Notes: generated from the letters alone by a model not told the origin. Positions 13,835 through 27,070 are shown, counted from the first letter of the stretch. The stretch is DNA of 64,000 nucleotides from Takakia lepidozioides (GCA_030704615.1 CM060733.1:70990001-71054000); one strand, 5' to 3'. Program-made: numbers and translations.

Positions 13835-14527
13835 TATTGCGGACTACATCCTTGCCCGACATTTGAAGCCGAGAATGCCACGATCAAGAAAAGAGGCAAG
13901 AGCAGCCTTGGATGCTGTGGGGATGGGCTATAAGATTTTTCATGCATGTCCATGTGATAGAACCCTGTACTACGGAGATGATGTGAAACTCACCAAGTGT
14001 CCAAAGTGCAACAAAGACCGATATCGGGATGATGTTCACGGGAAGAAATCTCCGCGCAAGGTATACCCGCGCCACAATACAATTGTATATTGCATTCTAC
14101 CTTTTTGCAACCGCTACAAGACGTAAGGTTTTACTTAGAGATATGAATGACACTGATTATGATATGGGGCCGACATGGGGATGGTGCCAGAAAATGCACT
14201 ACTTTCCAATCATCCCGCGACTGCAGGCACACTACCGAAGCCCCTCATTGGCACAACTGATGAGATGACACGCCTTGCATCGGAGCCCTCCGGGAAAGGT
14301 GTGCGGACCACAAGATTCACAAGCATGGAGGCATACAGAAGAGATGTGGCCTTTTCTCTTGGAGGACCCACGACATGTCCGCCTCGGCTTCTCCTCGGAT
14401 GGGGTCAACCCATACTCTGTCCACTCATGTAGTCATTCCACTTGGCCGGTGACCATGGTGAATTACAACATCCCTCCGTATCTTTCAATAAAAAAAGGCC
14501 ATATCATGTTGGCTGCCATTGTACCGG
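13831..14527 (+). pseudogene. CACTA transposase 1, middle exons (inverted relative to the rest of the gene)
   Basis: GYKIFHACPCDRTLY..CPKC; YFPIIPRL; DPRHVRLGFSSDGVNPY..STWPV..YNIPP..IVPG, then a GTGAG donor at 14528. Confidence 0.9.
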
Positions 14528-14642
14528 GTGAGTGTTCCCATTTCATGCTTATTATTTCTTTGGATTTTACATTAATCTTCTTCTCTTTGGCGCAATTCCG
14601 ATGGAAAATTGATGAGTGACGTAATCATGCAGTAAGATGTGT

Positions 14643-14663
14643 GAGGTTAGCTATTTCATGAGC
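14643..14663 (+). mobile_element. Mutator-like TIR end B
   Basis: GAGGTTAGCTATTTCATGAGC preceded by AGATGTGT (14635-14642). Confidence 0.65.
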
Positions 14664-15039
14664 ATAAGCGGCATGAGCGGCATGAGCGGAGTAGTAAGAC
14701 AATCGGTTTTCATGAGCAGAAGTACAAATATCAAAAATAAAAAAACAATAAAAAACATTAATTTAATGCAATGTGTCAGGAAAAACAAATATATTATTCG
14801 GCCCCATGAAGGGAAAATTGTAGTTTTGACAGTTGTGCTCATGATATTTCGTCTTCCGCTCATGCCAATTCCCAGCGACATGTGCAAATATGGCGCCGAA
14901 TTTCGCGGTAATAGGGTCCGTAACCTGAAAAAACGGCGACGTATTTCGCGGTAATAGGTCTCTCTGGCGAAAAATGGTGCCGAATTCCGCGGCTATAGGT
15001 CCCCTCATGACAGGTAATTCGGCGCCATTTTTGTTCCCC

Positions 15040-16243
15040 CTCGCCAATTTGTGACAATGGGAACCAACGTGTATGCAAGCTCGGGTGAGGTCAGGGAAAC
15101 GGTGCAACACATAGAACTGCTTGGCATTACAAACAGACATGCAGTGTGGTGGTTCTTTGCAATGCGCACACTTAAATGTGGAGTTTGGAACCTTCTCCTG
15201 AGCTCGAAATGGTTGATGAGCTGTGTCTATCCAATCGGTCTCGTTCCTGTGACCTCTGGATTTAAAGTGGAAGCAAGTTGAGGAGAAACACCGCAACGCG
15301 CCCGCACAAACAACGTAGCGCACCGGAAACCATCGAGCATCTTCATGCCGGTGGTTTTGGTAACGCACCAAGGATGACCGTCATGTTTTCTATCCATATC
15401 TGTCAACATTCCGGACGCCCTCGAGTAGTCCGCCCGAGGAGGGAACTCAAAGAAGATATTACCGTCGACGTCGGCGGGAAAGCATGTAACCGATTTAATT
15501 GCGAACTTGCTGTAGTCCAGCCCGGCCAGCTCCGACCGGTGTCCCTCCAGGTGAAGCCCTCGCAGAATTTCAAGAATAGATCGAACTGCGGTGCTCGTGC
15601 TGGGAATATGACTCCCTCCTCCACTAACGTCCATTGAGGACTTGCCTGATCTCCAGGACGATCTCGGAACTTCCATGACCTCGTCTGAGTCGGACAGGTT
15701 GTGAACAACCCGGTTCTCGCTCGTCTTCATGGATGGGTTCGGCTCTGGATTTACTTCGTTGCGGACTTCTCTCTTTGAGGTAGCCACTCTCTGATTCGCG
15801 GATTGTTTCGTGGAAGGCACCAGGATAGAAGGTGCATTTGGCGGGCAAATGAAGTCCCCAACAGCCCTATATATGACGCTGTCCGATGGTGGAACTCGCC
15901 ATTCCCTGCCATCGCCGAAATCATCGTGGAGCACAACAATACTCTCGACAACAAGGCCGTTTGAGTCCTTCTTTTCCTCCTCCAAAAAAACCGACCCCGG
16001 TTTTCAGGTGGTATCGAACGCACAGATATTTCTCCATCACCCGGTAGATGTCCCCTCTGCACGGAAATGAAGCTCTATGCTCGTGAGGAGGGCAGTACAC
16101 TGCAGCGCTCGGGTTTTCCGCCATGGGAGATGTGCACACAAGACTGCCAAGATGGCGTGCGGGGAAGCTCCCTGGTAGAAGGGGGATGCAGCGATGGGAA
16201 GGAATGCGGTGCCGATTTGTCCGAGCAACGAAGCCTGATCCAA
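15040..16243 (-). pseudogene. Frameshifted GCM/WRKY-like zinc-finger ORF, probably a Mutator transposase N-terminus
   Basis: DGHPW..RYVVCAGALRC...C..CAHC..C...C..FY..RACIHVGSHCH; lies next to TIR end B; no DDE core seen. Confidence 0.5.
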
Positions 16244-16399
16244 ATCCAGGGAGCCAACTATCTCAAAAATCCACAGTCAGAGTGTTAATGAACCTTGTCT
16301 CCGGAATGCGGCCCCTGATCTTTGCGCAATAACTGCCAACGGTATGCAGTCAGAAAGTGGGGGGCCGTCTGGATGATGTCGGCTGAAGGGGAGAAGCCG

Positions 16400-17990
16400 G
16401 CACCGTGCCGTCACATTACTACCCCCGAATGGAAATTCGGCACCCAATATCCAACAGGGGCCGCACGGATGAAGTTGTCTGGGGCAGAGATGCCGGCACC
16501 TGTCCGACAGAAAACATCCCCCGGATGGAAATTCAGCACCGAATTTCCATTCGGATCCACCCAAATGAAGTCTTGTCGGGGGGTCAGGCCGAAAACTGGC
16601 CGACATAAAAACCTCCGCGGATGGAAAAACAGCGCCGAATTTCCATCCGAGGCCATTCGGATGCCGTCGGCTCGGGGGAAAGGCCGTCATCTGGCCCTCA
16701 CATTACAACCCCCGGACGGAAATTCGGCACCGAATATACAACAGGGGAAGCCCGGATGAGGTCGCCTCGGGCGCAGAGGCCAGCGCGTGTGCGACAGTGA
16801 ATATCCCTTGGATGGAGATTCGGCGCCGAATTTCCATCCGGGCCCCCCCAAAGGAAGTCGTGTCGAGGGGTCAGGCCGAAAACTGGCCGGCATAAAAACA
16901 TCGCCAGATGGAAAAACGGCGTCGAATTTCCATCCGAGGCCTTTCGGATGCAGTCGGCTCGGGGGAAAAGCCGCCATCTGGCCCTCACATTGCAACCCCC
17001 GGACGGAAATTCGGCACCGAATATACAACAGGGGAAGCCCGGATGAAGTCGCCTCGGGCGAAGAGGCCGGCGCGTGTGCGACAGAGAATATCCCCTGGAT
17101 GGAGATTCGGCGCCGAATTTCCATCCGGGCCCCCCCAAAGGAAGTCGTGTCGGGGGGTCAGGCCGAAAACTGGCCGGCATAAAAACATCCCCAGATGGAA
17201 AAACGGCGCCGAATTTCCATCCGGGGCCATTCCAATGCAGTCGGGGAGGGGGCAGAGGCCGGCACCTGGCCGTCACATTTCAACCCCCGGACGGAAATTT
17301 GGCACCGAATATCCAACAGGGGACGCCCGGATGAAGTCGCCTCGGGTGTAGAGGCCGGCACGTGTTCGACAGAGAGCATCCCCTGGATTGAGATTCGGCG
17401 CCGAATTTCCATCCGGGCCCCCCCAAAGGAAGTCGTGTCGGGGGGTCAGACCGAAAACTGGTCGACATAAAAACCTCCCCAGATGGAAAAACGGCGCCGA
17501 ATTTCAATCCGGGGCCGTTCCAATGCAGTCGGGGAGGGGGGAGAGGCCGGCACCTGGCCGTCATATTTCAACCCCCGGACGGAAATTCGGCACCGAATAT
17601 CCAACAGAGCGGCGGAGAGGCCGGCACCTCTCCGATAGAGACCATCCCCCGGATGGAAATTCGGCGCTGAATTTCCATCGGGGCCCCCTCAAACGAAGTC
17701 GTAAAAACCTCCCCAGATGGAAAAACGGCGCCGAATTTCCATCCGGGGCCGTTCCAATGCAGTCGGGGAGGGGGGAGAGGCCAGCACCTGGCCGTCATAT
17801 TTCAACCCCCGGACGGAAATTCGGCACCGAAACAGAGCGGCGGAGAGGCCGGCACCTCTCCGACAGAGACCATCCCCCGGATGGAAATTCGGAAATTCGG
17901 CGCCGAATTTCCATTGGGGCCCCCTCAAAGGAAGTCGCAGAAACCTCCCAGAATGGAAAAACGGCGCCGAATTTCCGTCCGAGGCTGTTC
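16400..17990. repeat. Tandem array of ~287-bp GC-rich units
   Basis: CAACCCCCGGACGGAAATT recurs near 16707, 16994, 17281, 17568 and 17803; units contain close variants of the GAAATTCGGCGCCGAATTTC palindrome. Confidence 0.9.
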
Positions 17991-18049
17991 CGATTTGCCT
18001 CTAGCAGTGAAGGATTCCAAGAAAAATCCGAAAAATCAATCGGACACGC

Positions 18050-18579
18050 TCAGAATTACCTGCAGGAAGGTAATTCAGCGCTTCGAAATTCCTGGCGAAT
18101 GGAAATTCGGCGCCGAATATCCATACGCCAGCGATCCGACTTACCTGCTGGATGGAAATTCGGCGCCGGATTTCCATCCATCCGGGATTCAAGTTACCTG
18201 CAGGATGGAAATTCGGCGCCGGATCTCCATCCATCCGCTCTCCGACCAACCTTGCGGATGGAAATCCGACGCCGGATTTCCATCCATCCGCCTCCGAATT
18301 ACCTTCTTGAGGGAAATTTTGAGCGCCGACCTACCTGGCGGATGGAAATCCGGCGCCGGATTTCCATCCATCCGCTCTTCGAATTACCTGCATGATGGAA
18401 ATTTTGCGTGCCGACCTAGCTGGCGGATGGAAATCCAGCGCCGGATTTCCATCCATCCGCTCTTCGAATTACCTGCATGACTGGAAAAATGGCGCCGAAT
18501 TCCGATTTTGGTGCAAGTCAGATCTGGCACTTAGCCATTTTCGGCCCCGAAATGGAAAAACGGCGCCGAAAATAAAATT

Positions 18580-18620
<41 letters not shown>

Positions 18621-19140
18621 GCCATTTTTCCAGTTCAGGGCCGAAAACGGCTCAGTCCCAGATCTGACTGGCACCCAAAATCGGAAATTCGGCGCCATTT
18701 TTCCAGTCATGCAGGTAATTCGAAGAGCGGATCGATGGAAATCCGGTGCCGGATTTTCATCCATCCGCTCTTCGAATTACCTGCATGACGGAAATTTTGC
18801 GCGCCGACTTACCTGGCGGATGGAAATCCGGCGCTGGATTTCCATCCATCCGCTCTTCGAATTACCTGCATGACCGGAAAAATGGCGCCGAATTTCCGAT
18901 TTTGGTGCCAGTCAGATCTGGGACTTAGCCATTTTCGGCCCCGAAATGGAAAAATGGCGCCGAAAAAAAAAACCAACGAAAAAAAAAAAAAAAAAAAAAA
19001 AAAACGCCATTTGTCCAGTTCGGGGCCGAAAACGGCTAAGTCCCAGATCTGACTGGCACCCAAAATCGGAAATTCGGCGCCATTTTTCCATTTCTGGGCC
19101 CAGTCAGATCTGGGACTTAGCCATTTTCGGCCCCGAAATG

Positions 19141-19176
<36 letters not shown>

Positions 19177-19504
19177 AAACGCCAATTTTCGAGTTCGGGG
19201 CCGAAAACGGTTTAGTCCCAGATCTGACTGGCACCCAAAATCGGAAATTCGGCGCCATTTTTCCAGTTCTGGGCCCAGTCAGATCTGGGACTTAGCCATT
19301 TTAGGCCCCGAACTGGAAAAATGGGGCCGAAAAAAATAAATTTTAAGAAAAAAAACGCCATTTTTCCAGTTTGGGGTCGAAAACGGCTAAGTCCCAGATC
19401 TGACTGGCACCCAAAATCGGAAATTCGGCGCCATTTTTTCAGTTCGGGGCAAGTCAGATCTGGGACTTAGCCATTTCAGGCCCCGAACTGGAAAAATGGC
19501 GCCG

Positions 19505-19550
<46 letters not shown>

Positions 19551-19897
19551 GGCCATTTTTCCAGTTCGGGGCCGAAAACGGCTAAGTCCCAGATCTGGCT
19601 GGCACCCAAAATCGGAAATTCGGCGCCATTTTTCCAGTTCGGGGCCCAGTTCGATCTGGGACTTAGCCATTTTCGGCCCCGAAATGGAAAAATGGCGCCA
19701 TTTTTCGAGTTCTGGGCCCCGAAAATGGCTAAGTCCCTTCGATGGTTGGAACCGCAACTGGAAATTTGGCACCATTTTTCCAGTTCTGCGCCCTATCAGA
19801 TCTGGGACTTAGCCATTTTTGGCCCCGAACTGGAAAAATGGCGCCATTTTTCCAGTTCGGGGCCGAAAATGGCTAAGTCCCTAGGGTGGCTGGCACC
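18050..19897. repeat. Short palindromic and poly(A)-interspersed repeat arrays
   Basis: GGATGGAAATCCGGCGCCGGATTTCCATCC units (18090-18480, 18710-18870); CAGATCTG-centred hairpin units separated by long A tracts. Confidence 0.9.
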
Positions 19898-20260
19898 TCC
19901 GCATTATGGCGGACATACCCACATTACTTATGCCAAACCGGATTTGCAAATTCAGCAACAACAAGATGGTTGAAAAGTCTACTCACTTTGGCCTCTTTGT
20001 ATAAGGGAGTTTTGGCTTCTTTTTCCATGTCATTCAAAGAGTCTGTGTCCTCATCATCTGATGCATTAAGAGGTCCTCCATTGTTGCCACATCCTCATGC
20101 ATAATTCCATTGTCATTGTTGTCCTCATCATCGGAGACCGCCATTTCAGACGGGGTCAGGTCCCTTTGATACGCACCCCCCTCCGAAAGAACAAAATCCC
20201 GGTTCATGACAAGATCATAAACTTCATGAATTAACGTCGTGGGGTTGTGGCCGGCATCCT
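19898..20260 (-). pseudogene. CACTA transposase 1, N-terminal exon
   Basis: AKTPLYKEAKVSRL(fs)STILLLLNLQIRFGISNVGMSAIMR, then a GT donor at 19897; continues naturally into FIADYIL at 13832. Confidence 0.7.
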
Positions 20261-20572
20261 AAGATGCCAAAAACAACCATGTCATTATCAGTTTCCATAC
20301 ATGGCGTTGTTCATTATCATACAGGATAAAACCCAAAGTACACATTATACACACGAGGGGAATACATACATTGCTTCACCACATGAAGGAGACACTATAT
20401 AATTCAAAATACCCAAATTCACATATAACGTCCACCCAAACTCCCTTGAATATAGCATGAAAAACTGCATCCAAATATACATCAATGCCTATGTATATAT
20501 ATACACGGTGGAGGAAGCCACCTCAATGTACAAAATGTCTTCCTATGTCCATCTACACATGACGAAAGTCGG

Positions 20573-21030
20573 CTAACGCCTAAAGTCATACTTGGCAAAC
20601 AACTCCTCTCCAACCCTAATGGTCCTCCTTGCACATGTCATCACAAAAGTGGTGATGTTAGGGTCCAATCTACTATCCCCGTCTTTGCGCTCATCCCAAA
20701 ACACGTTGGCGGTGTGGCCCTGCGGTAAGGTAACTGAACTGTTGATGAGTCCAGCCACGTTGCCGTACACATCGAGGTTTCCGTCACAATAAATATGGGC
20801 TTTGCGGCCCAAATTTCTCGCCCTTACATCATTGTCGCTCACAACAAGGATGGATCAAGGACCCAAGGCCGTGTGTCTGCAATAATTGCCACTCCCGGTG
20901 GGTGTATCTCGGCCCAAAATAGGGGAACAAATCCACATAATCCTCTCCTCCCCCCAAAACTACATCCTCTATCAAAAAAAGTCCTCGACCCATACTAGGG
21001 TCCATTGCCTTCATCACGCAATACATGTGA
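20573..21030 (-). pseudogene. SET-domain (lysine methyltransferase-like) remnant
   Basis: GRGLF, PYFGP, YCDG..GNVAGLINSS and ARRTIRVGEELFAKY in SET order; one frameshift near 20850. Confidence 0.7.
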
Positions 21031-21403
21031 CCCCAAAAAGAAAGGGCTCACCCTCGAGAATTGGAACTGGACAAGGCACAAGACATTGGTAGAAATGGGG
21101 TTGGACTCACATCGTGAATAGCTCCCTAGCACCACGATGACGTATGGTGCCGTCATCAGGCCGGCGAAGGCGCGGACCAACCGTGCGAAACAACTTCGGT
21201 CTACCTCTCCTAGGGGGCGGCGCCCGTCCATCACTTCGGGAGTGGAGGCTGAAACCACTGTAGCGAATGTTGCGGACGTTGACCATTTTGAGGGAGAAGC
21301 AGGAAATGTGCTACGGGGCCAGATTGCCCGTGCAGTTCAGGATGCTTTTGAAATATCAGATTCCCTCAGGTAAAATCCCGCACGTGCCACAGATGGCCCG
21401 CAC

Positions 21404-23551
21404 TTGCACAATGCTGGTGGTGTTGAGAATGGCGCAAATCCCTCTAGATTTCAAGATGGGGAAAATATCGCAGGAGATGAAGCAGAAGCGCCAAATGATT
21501 TTCAACATGAAAAACTCATGCAAGAGTTTCAAATCCCCTTATACGATGGGTGCGCTCACAGCCGATTGACCGCCACATTGATGTTACTGAATTCGTGCGC
21601 CACTCACAGATGTACCCACGCATTTGTGGATGAGTTATTCTCATTGTTGAGGCTGGAGATTTTGCCCAAACAGAACAGTTTGCCCAAATTGCATTACGAG
21701 GCAAAAAAATGATATCCATGATGGGCCTAGGATACAAACAGATCCATGCCTGTGAAACTGTTTCGTGGAGAGCTCAAAAATGCAGCAATTTGCCCCAAGT
21801 GCCAGAGTCCCCGGTACAAAGACGGCCGTGGGAAGGTGTTGTGACACTTTCCGCTCATACCCAAATTGAAACGGATGTTTCGAGCTAAGTCGCTCGCACA
21901 GCTTATGAAGTGGCACAACAATCATAGAAGTGCGGATGGCTTGGTCTAACATGCTACAGACAGTAAGGCTTGGTGCCATATTGACAAGACATGGCCGGAG
22001 TTTGCATCAAATCCACGAAATCTGCGACTTGGTTTGGCGCTGGATGGGGTGAATCCTTATGGCACAAAATCCCAATCTTGGTCCACGTGGCCCATCATGG
22101 TGCTCAATTACCTCTACCTCCATGGTTGGCAACGAAGATTTTTTTTTTCATGTTAACACTCCTGATTCCTGGAAAGGAATCTGTGACAAGTGAGAATCTG
22201 GATGTTTACCTGCAACTACTAATGGAGGAGCTGACGACATTGTGGGTGGGAGTTCCAGCCTTGGATGTGGCAGCCAATGAAGGACATCGTGCATTTACTA
22301 TGCGAGCAATCCTCATGTGGTCGATACATGACTTCCCCGCCTATGGCTTGCTATTTGGTCAAGTTCACCAAGGGTACATTGCTTGTCCAGCATGTGGACC
22401 TTCTGTCGATTCCAGATATTCCCCAGCTTGCAAGAAATTGATATTCCAGGGGCATCGACGCTATCTTCCCCACAATCATGCCTATAGAAGATGCAGACTT
22501 TTTAATGGGGCGCGAGATATGAGACCTGCGCCACATACAGTGACATCCACCGAAATCAAGGAGCGTGCACAACATTACAAACAATGGATTGCTGATGGTG
22601 GGACTGCAGGCGCAGAGGACGATCCCTCCAAGCTCCATGGCGTAAAATGACTGTCCATTCTGTTCAACTTGCCTTACTGGGAGGTGCGAATATCACACCT
22701 GGCTTCTGGGGGTTGCAGTGCATTGGTTTCTTTCTATTGTAATTGTTTGTTTACAGAACTTGTACTATGAACAACATTAATGAAAGCACTTACATTAATG
22801 AATTTTGTGCCACGCCATGGTGCAGCATCTTCTCATCCGCCACACTGTGGACACCATGCATTGCGAAAAGAACGTGATGGAAAACATAATGAAGACCATT
22901 TTTGGAGAGAAGGACACCATGAAAGTTCGCCGTGATCTCGAATTGCAGGGCACTCGAAAGCCTCTATGGTTACAACGCCATCCCACCAGAGTGGATACTT
23001 TGGTAATGCCAGATGCGCCATATGTGCTCACAAAACCTGAACAGTGGGTATTGTTGGACATTATCACCAATCTGAAAGTGCCCATTGGCTATGCCTCTGC
23101 TTTCAAGAAGCATGTGGTGAAACAAAAGTTGAGCCAGTTAAAGTCACATGATTATCATGTGCTCATGCAGCAGATCCTCCCTCTTGCTTTACGTGGGTTA
23201 ATGGCGTCCGGGGTTCGCAATGCCATACTAAGAGTGTCTCATGTATTTCAGAAGTTTTGTGCAAGAGTAATTGATCCAACTGAGCATGAGGAATTGAAGA
23301 AGGAGGTGGCATTGACTCTTTGTATTCTGGAGAAAGAGTTTCCACCCTCTTTTTTTGATGTTATGACGCATTTACTCATCCACTTGGTTGATGAACTGGA
23401 TTTGTGTGGACCTGTAGCTTCTCGATGGATGTACCCGGTGGAGAGAGCAATGAAGGATTATAAAGGCTATGTTAGAAACTTGGCAAAACCAGAGGGCAGT
23501 ATGGCGGAGGGCTACGCGTTTGAGGAGGCATTGGGATTTTGTACAGAATAC
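21404..23551 (+). pseudogene. CACTA transposase 2 (TNP2 and DUF4218), truncated
   Basis: PLYDGC; LRLGLALDGVNPY; WSIHDFPAYG; DTMHCEKNV; LKSHDYH; FPPSFFDVMTHL; ends at EEALGFCTEY. Confidence 0.92.
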
Positions 23552-23702
23552 TGGTCTTGTCTTTTGTTGAGTAATAAGAGTGCATAATTTGGAAGGAGTT
23601 TATAAGGAGTGCTAGTATGTCCGGTGGAAGGGTTGGGCTTGGGTTAGCTTGAGGAGGGAGCGAGGTTTTTTGGAGGGGGTATCAGTCAAGTAGCGATCCA
23701 CA
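23552..23702 (-). pseudogene. Short non-LTR element fragment, probable continuation of 54250-55882
   Basis: VDRYLTDTPSKK..(fs)TLPPDILALLINSFQIMHSYYS; same C/A-rich sense strand; joins W-L-V at 55882 in frame. Confidence 0.5.
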
Positions 23703-24427
23703 TGTCAAGTTATTTTACCACTAGTGTGAAGTTAGCTAGAAAATAGCTAGCTTTTATATATTGACATTTGGGATTGACCCAAGTATCAATCCAGGGGCCA
23801 ATACATGTTTGGGCACCTGGTGTTGTTATCTTCACGGCAGATCGCGATGGGCTAATCTTTCTCGAGTTGAGCCTCACCGCGTCTAGTTATGGCGCCGTAG
23901 TGTGGATTCCCCATGGCGTGGGGTGCACTTGGCTCGACTTAATATATGAGTGATGTTTTCATGTGCAAGCATGTGAGTTTGAGAGAGCTTGTGTGCTTAT
24001 ATCACTCTTTTCTTTATCACTCGAGAAAGATCAGCTCGAGTCTCTGAGTGCCAGGTTCGAGTTAGTTGTAGCACTTGTGTTTTCAGATCATGAGAAGCCG
24101 TTCAGCCTAGAGTGCAGGGAGCCGTGCATGAGCCTATCCAAAGCGGATAGAGTGTAAAGGTGAACAGGTTACAGGTTTGCATGGATAGAGAGGCGGGTAG
24201 CCTATGTTGAAGAGCGGCGTTGCATAGCTCAATGCTATGGCAACCAAGTTTGGGCTTCTAGTGTGAAGCGGAGGAGATGTTGGCCACGAGTGGACGAACT
24301 GGTGGTCGTCTTCTTCAGCTGCAGGGCGAGTTAAGGAGCTGCAGAAATGTGGGCTGCGCATAGGAAACTAGCGTGTTGCAGGTTGGAGATGATATGATTA
24401 GCTCCAGGTATTTCTGCCACTACAACA
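23703..24427 (+). repeat. LTR-like repeat X
   Basis: Starts TGTCAAG; 23703-24020 recurs inverted at 56134-56451; the right boundary is tentative. Confidence 0.55.
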
Positions 24428-25009
24428 AATTGCAGCTTTTACGTCTCTGTGTTATGACTGCAAATGCAGTCATGGAAGCCATTTACGACTTCCTGACTCT
24501 GCAGACGTAAAGACCTAGTCAGTTGTGACATGGCAGATATGACTCTCCAGGCTGGTTGTCACGTGGCGCCAGAGCAGCTGTGGGGGTAGTCATACACGCT
24601 GGCATTACTGAATGACTGAACGGGTCCATGTCAGCCGCTGTGTAATAGAGACACGTGCTCTCTACAGAACACGCCACGTGTCAGACTGCGACGCCATCCG
24701 ACTGCAGAGGAGGGAATCAGACGTCAGCATGTGTCGCATTGTGATTTTGACACGTGGTTCCTCATGTCAATTGACACGCGTCGCTGTTGGGGGTTGTAGA
24801 TTTACTTTATTGTTATTATAATTACTAAAATAATTATTATAATTATTTGTTATTATAATTATTATTACTGACCAACATGGGGCAGTGGCACATTATTAAA
24901 TAACGAATTTTTGAAATTATATTCTTAGATAAAATATTTATTCGCTCAGATACCAAAACACACCCTTGCGGGGAAGGAGAGTTTGTCTTAGTGCCTGTGC
25001 TGAATTGCA

Positions 25010-27070
25010 TCTGCTACTGTTACCTGTTTATGGATACTTTTTTATTGTCACTTTGGCAGTATCATATCAAAGTCACTCCAAACTATCTACCATCTACCCA
25101 TGACCATCTACCCATGCAGGTTTCTTGTAGCTATCCTTCCACAGGGAATCATAGGTGATCTGGAACTTGAAATCTGGCTTTCTTGGATGATCTGGACCCA
25201 CACTCTATCCCTGCTCCTTCAGCTATCCATGCCTCTGCATAGATCATGCATATATCCTTGCATTGCTGTTAGCAGCTGACAATGACAGCCTACATTTGTT
25301 CCAGCAAACACCCAACTCAACTTACCACACTAGTTCCTATTCTCAATTGCATCTGTTACTCTCTGTAATCCAACAGGCATTTACCTTTTTGCCTCGGTTG
25401 TCCCACCATTGATTGGGGTCAGAAAAGTATTCATTCCACAGCTTCCCCTCATCTCCGTTAACTGTTTTTCGATACTTTCCTGTTGTCACATTGGCAATAT
25501 CATGTCAAAGACTCCAAACTAGATTCACTCAACCAGCTAACTTGCAGACATTGAAATTTAGGGCCGGTTCTGATAAGTGGGAAAAACAGGGTGAAATGTG
25601 TTGAAGAAGGTGCCTTTATTAGCAGTGCTTGATTTTATCAATTGTGCCGCTACTCCTGCGGCTTCCAGTTCACCATCTACCCATGCAGGTTTCTTATAGC
25701 TAAATCCACAGGTAATCATAGGTAATCATGTGCTTGAAATCTGGCCCTCTTGGATGAATCTGGACCCATACTCTATCCCTGCTCTTTCAGCTATCACTGC
25801 TTCTGCACAAATCATGCATACTTCCTTGCCTTGCAGCTGATAATGACAGCCTACATTTGTTCTAGGAAACACCCAACTCAGCTTATCACACTAGTTCCTA
25901 TGCTGAATTGCGTCTGCCCTCTATAATCTAACAGGCATTAACCTTTTTCCCTCGGTTGTCCCACCATTCCACAACTTCTCCTCGTCTCTGTGACCTGTTT
26001 CTGGATACTTTCCTGTTGTCACATTGGCATCATGTCAAAGTTCAGTATGCATCTCAAGGCCGAGTCTGATGAGAGGGCAAAACAGGCTGAAATAGGTCGA
26101 AGAAGAACCCATAGAGGATTTGACCGACCATCAACCCAAAATGACCTCTTGTGTGTGCTGCTTTTGTCTTGTAGTCAGTTAATGTCGGATTGGTCTGTGA
26201 GAACCAGCACGGTGCAGATGAGCAGGCAGAGATTGAAACACGGCCTGCTAAGACCAAGCTGACTCTCCCAAGAACCTTGAAACATCAGGAAGAATACCAA
26301 ATCATGGTACTAACAGGAGCCAACAGCCCACATTTGCAGGATGGACAAACTTCTTCACATCGTACATTAAGGAAAAGCCACACCTTGCCATTGCGGTTGT
26401 CGCACCATCGTGAAGGATCTTTAAAAATCTCATGCCAACTCTGCTCCGTGCTGCAAATGAAGGGCCGAGTCTGATGAGAGGGCAAAACAGGTTGAAATAG
26501 GTCGAAGAAGAAGGTGCCCTCACCACATTGTCCTCGACCTTGTGTCATGGCCCATGGAGGATTTGACTGACCATGAACCCAAGAGGACCTCTTCAGTGTG
26601 CTGCTTGTTTCTATAGTCAGGTAATGTCGGATTGGTCAATGAGAACCACCACGGTGCAGCTGAGTGGGCAGAGATTGAAACACGGCGTTCTAAGACCAAG
26701 CTAACTCTCCCAAGAACCTTGTAAACATCAGGAAGAATACCAAATCATGGTACTAATAGGAGCCAACAACCCACATTTGCAGGATGGACAAACTTCTTCA
26801 CATCGTACATTAAGAAAAAGCCACACCTTGCGATTGCGGTTGTCCCACCATCGTGAAGGATCTTTTAGAAACTCATGCCAGCTCTGCTCCGTGCTGTAAA
26901 ATCAGGGCCGAGCGGGTAGAGATTGAAACACGGCCTGCGAAGACGAAGCTGACTCTCCCAAGAACGGCGGGCTCCCAGCCGAAACCTCCTCGCACACATA
27001 CCGTAGCGTTTCTAGGGTTGCTTGCTCCAAATGCGAAGGTTGATCCAACTGCGGGCCTCCCATGCATGTT
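25010..27070 (-). pseudogene. Tandemly duplicated exon/intron fragments of an OSB-type PDF-motif gene
   Basis: SWHEFLKDPSRWWDNRNRK|GT (exon ends 26827; copy ends 26384) and AG|IHPRGPDFKH..LW..KKPAWV (starts 25759; copy near 25190). Confidence 0.65.

Noticed and set aside
16400-19897. CRISPR-like array
   Set aside because: The sequences between palindromes are themselves repeated, there are no cas genes, and the context is eukaryotic.
16277-19973. Many ORFs in the arrays, e.g. 17388-18395
   Set aside because: Translations of tandem and palindromic repeats and poly(A) tracts.
24960-24992. Helitron 3' hairpin
   Set aside because: Weak hairpin, CTTAG rather than a clear CTRR end, and no 5' end identified.
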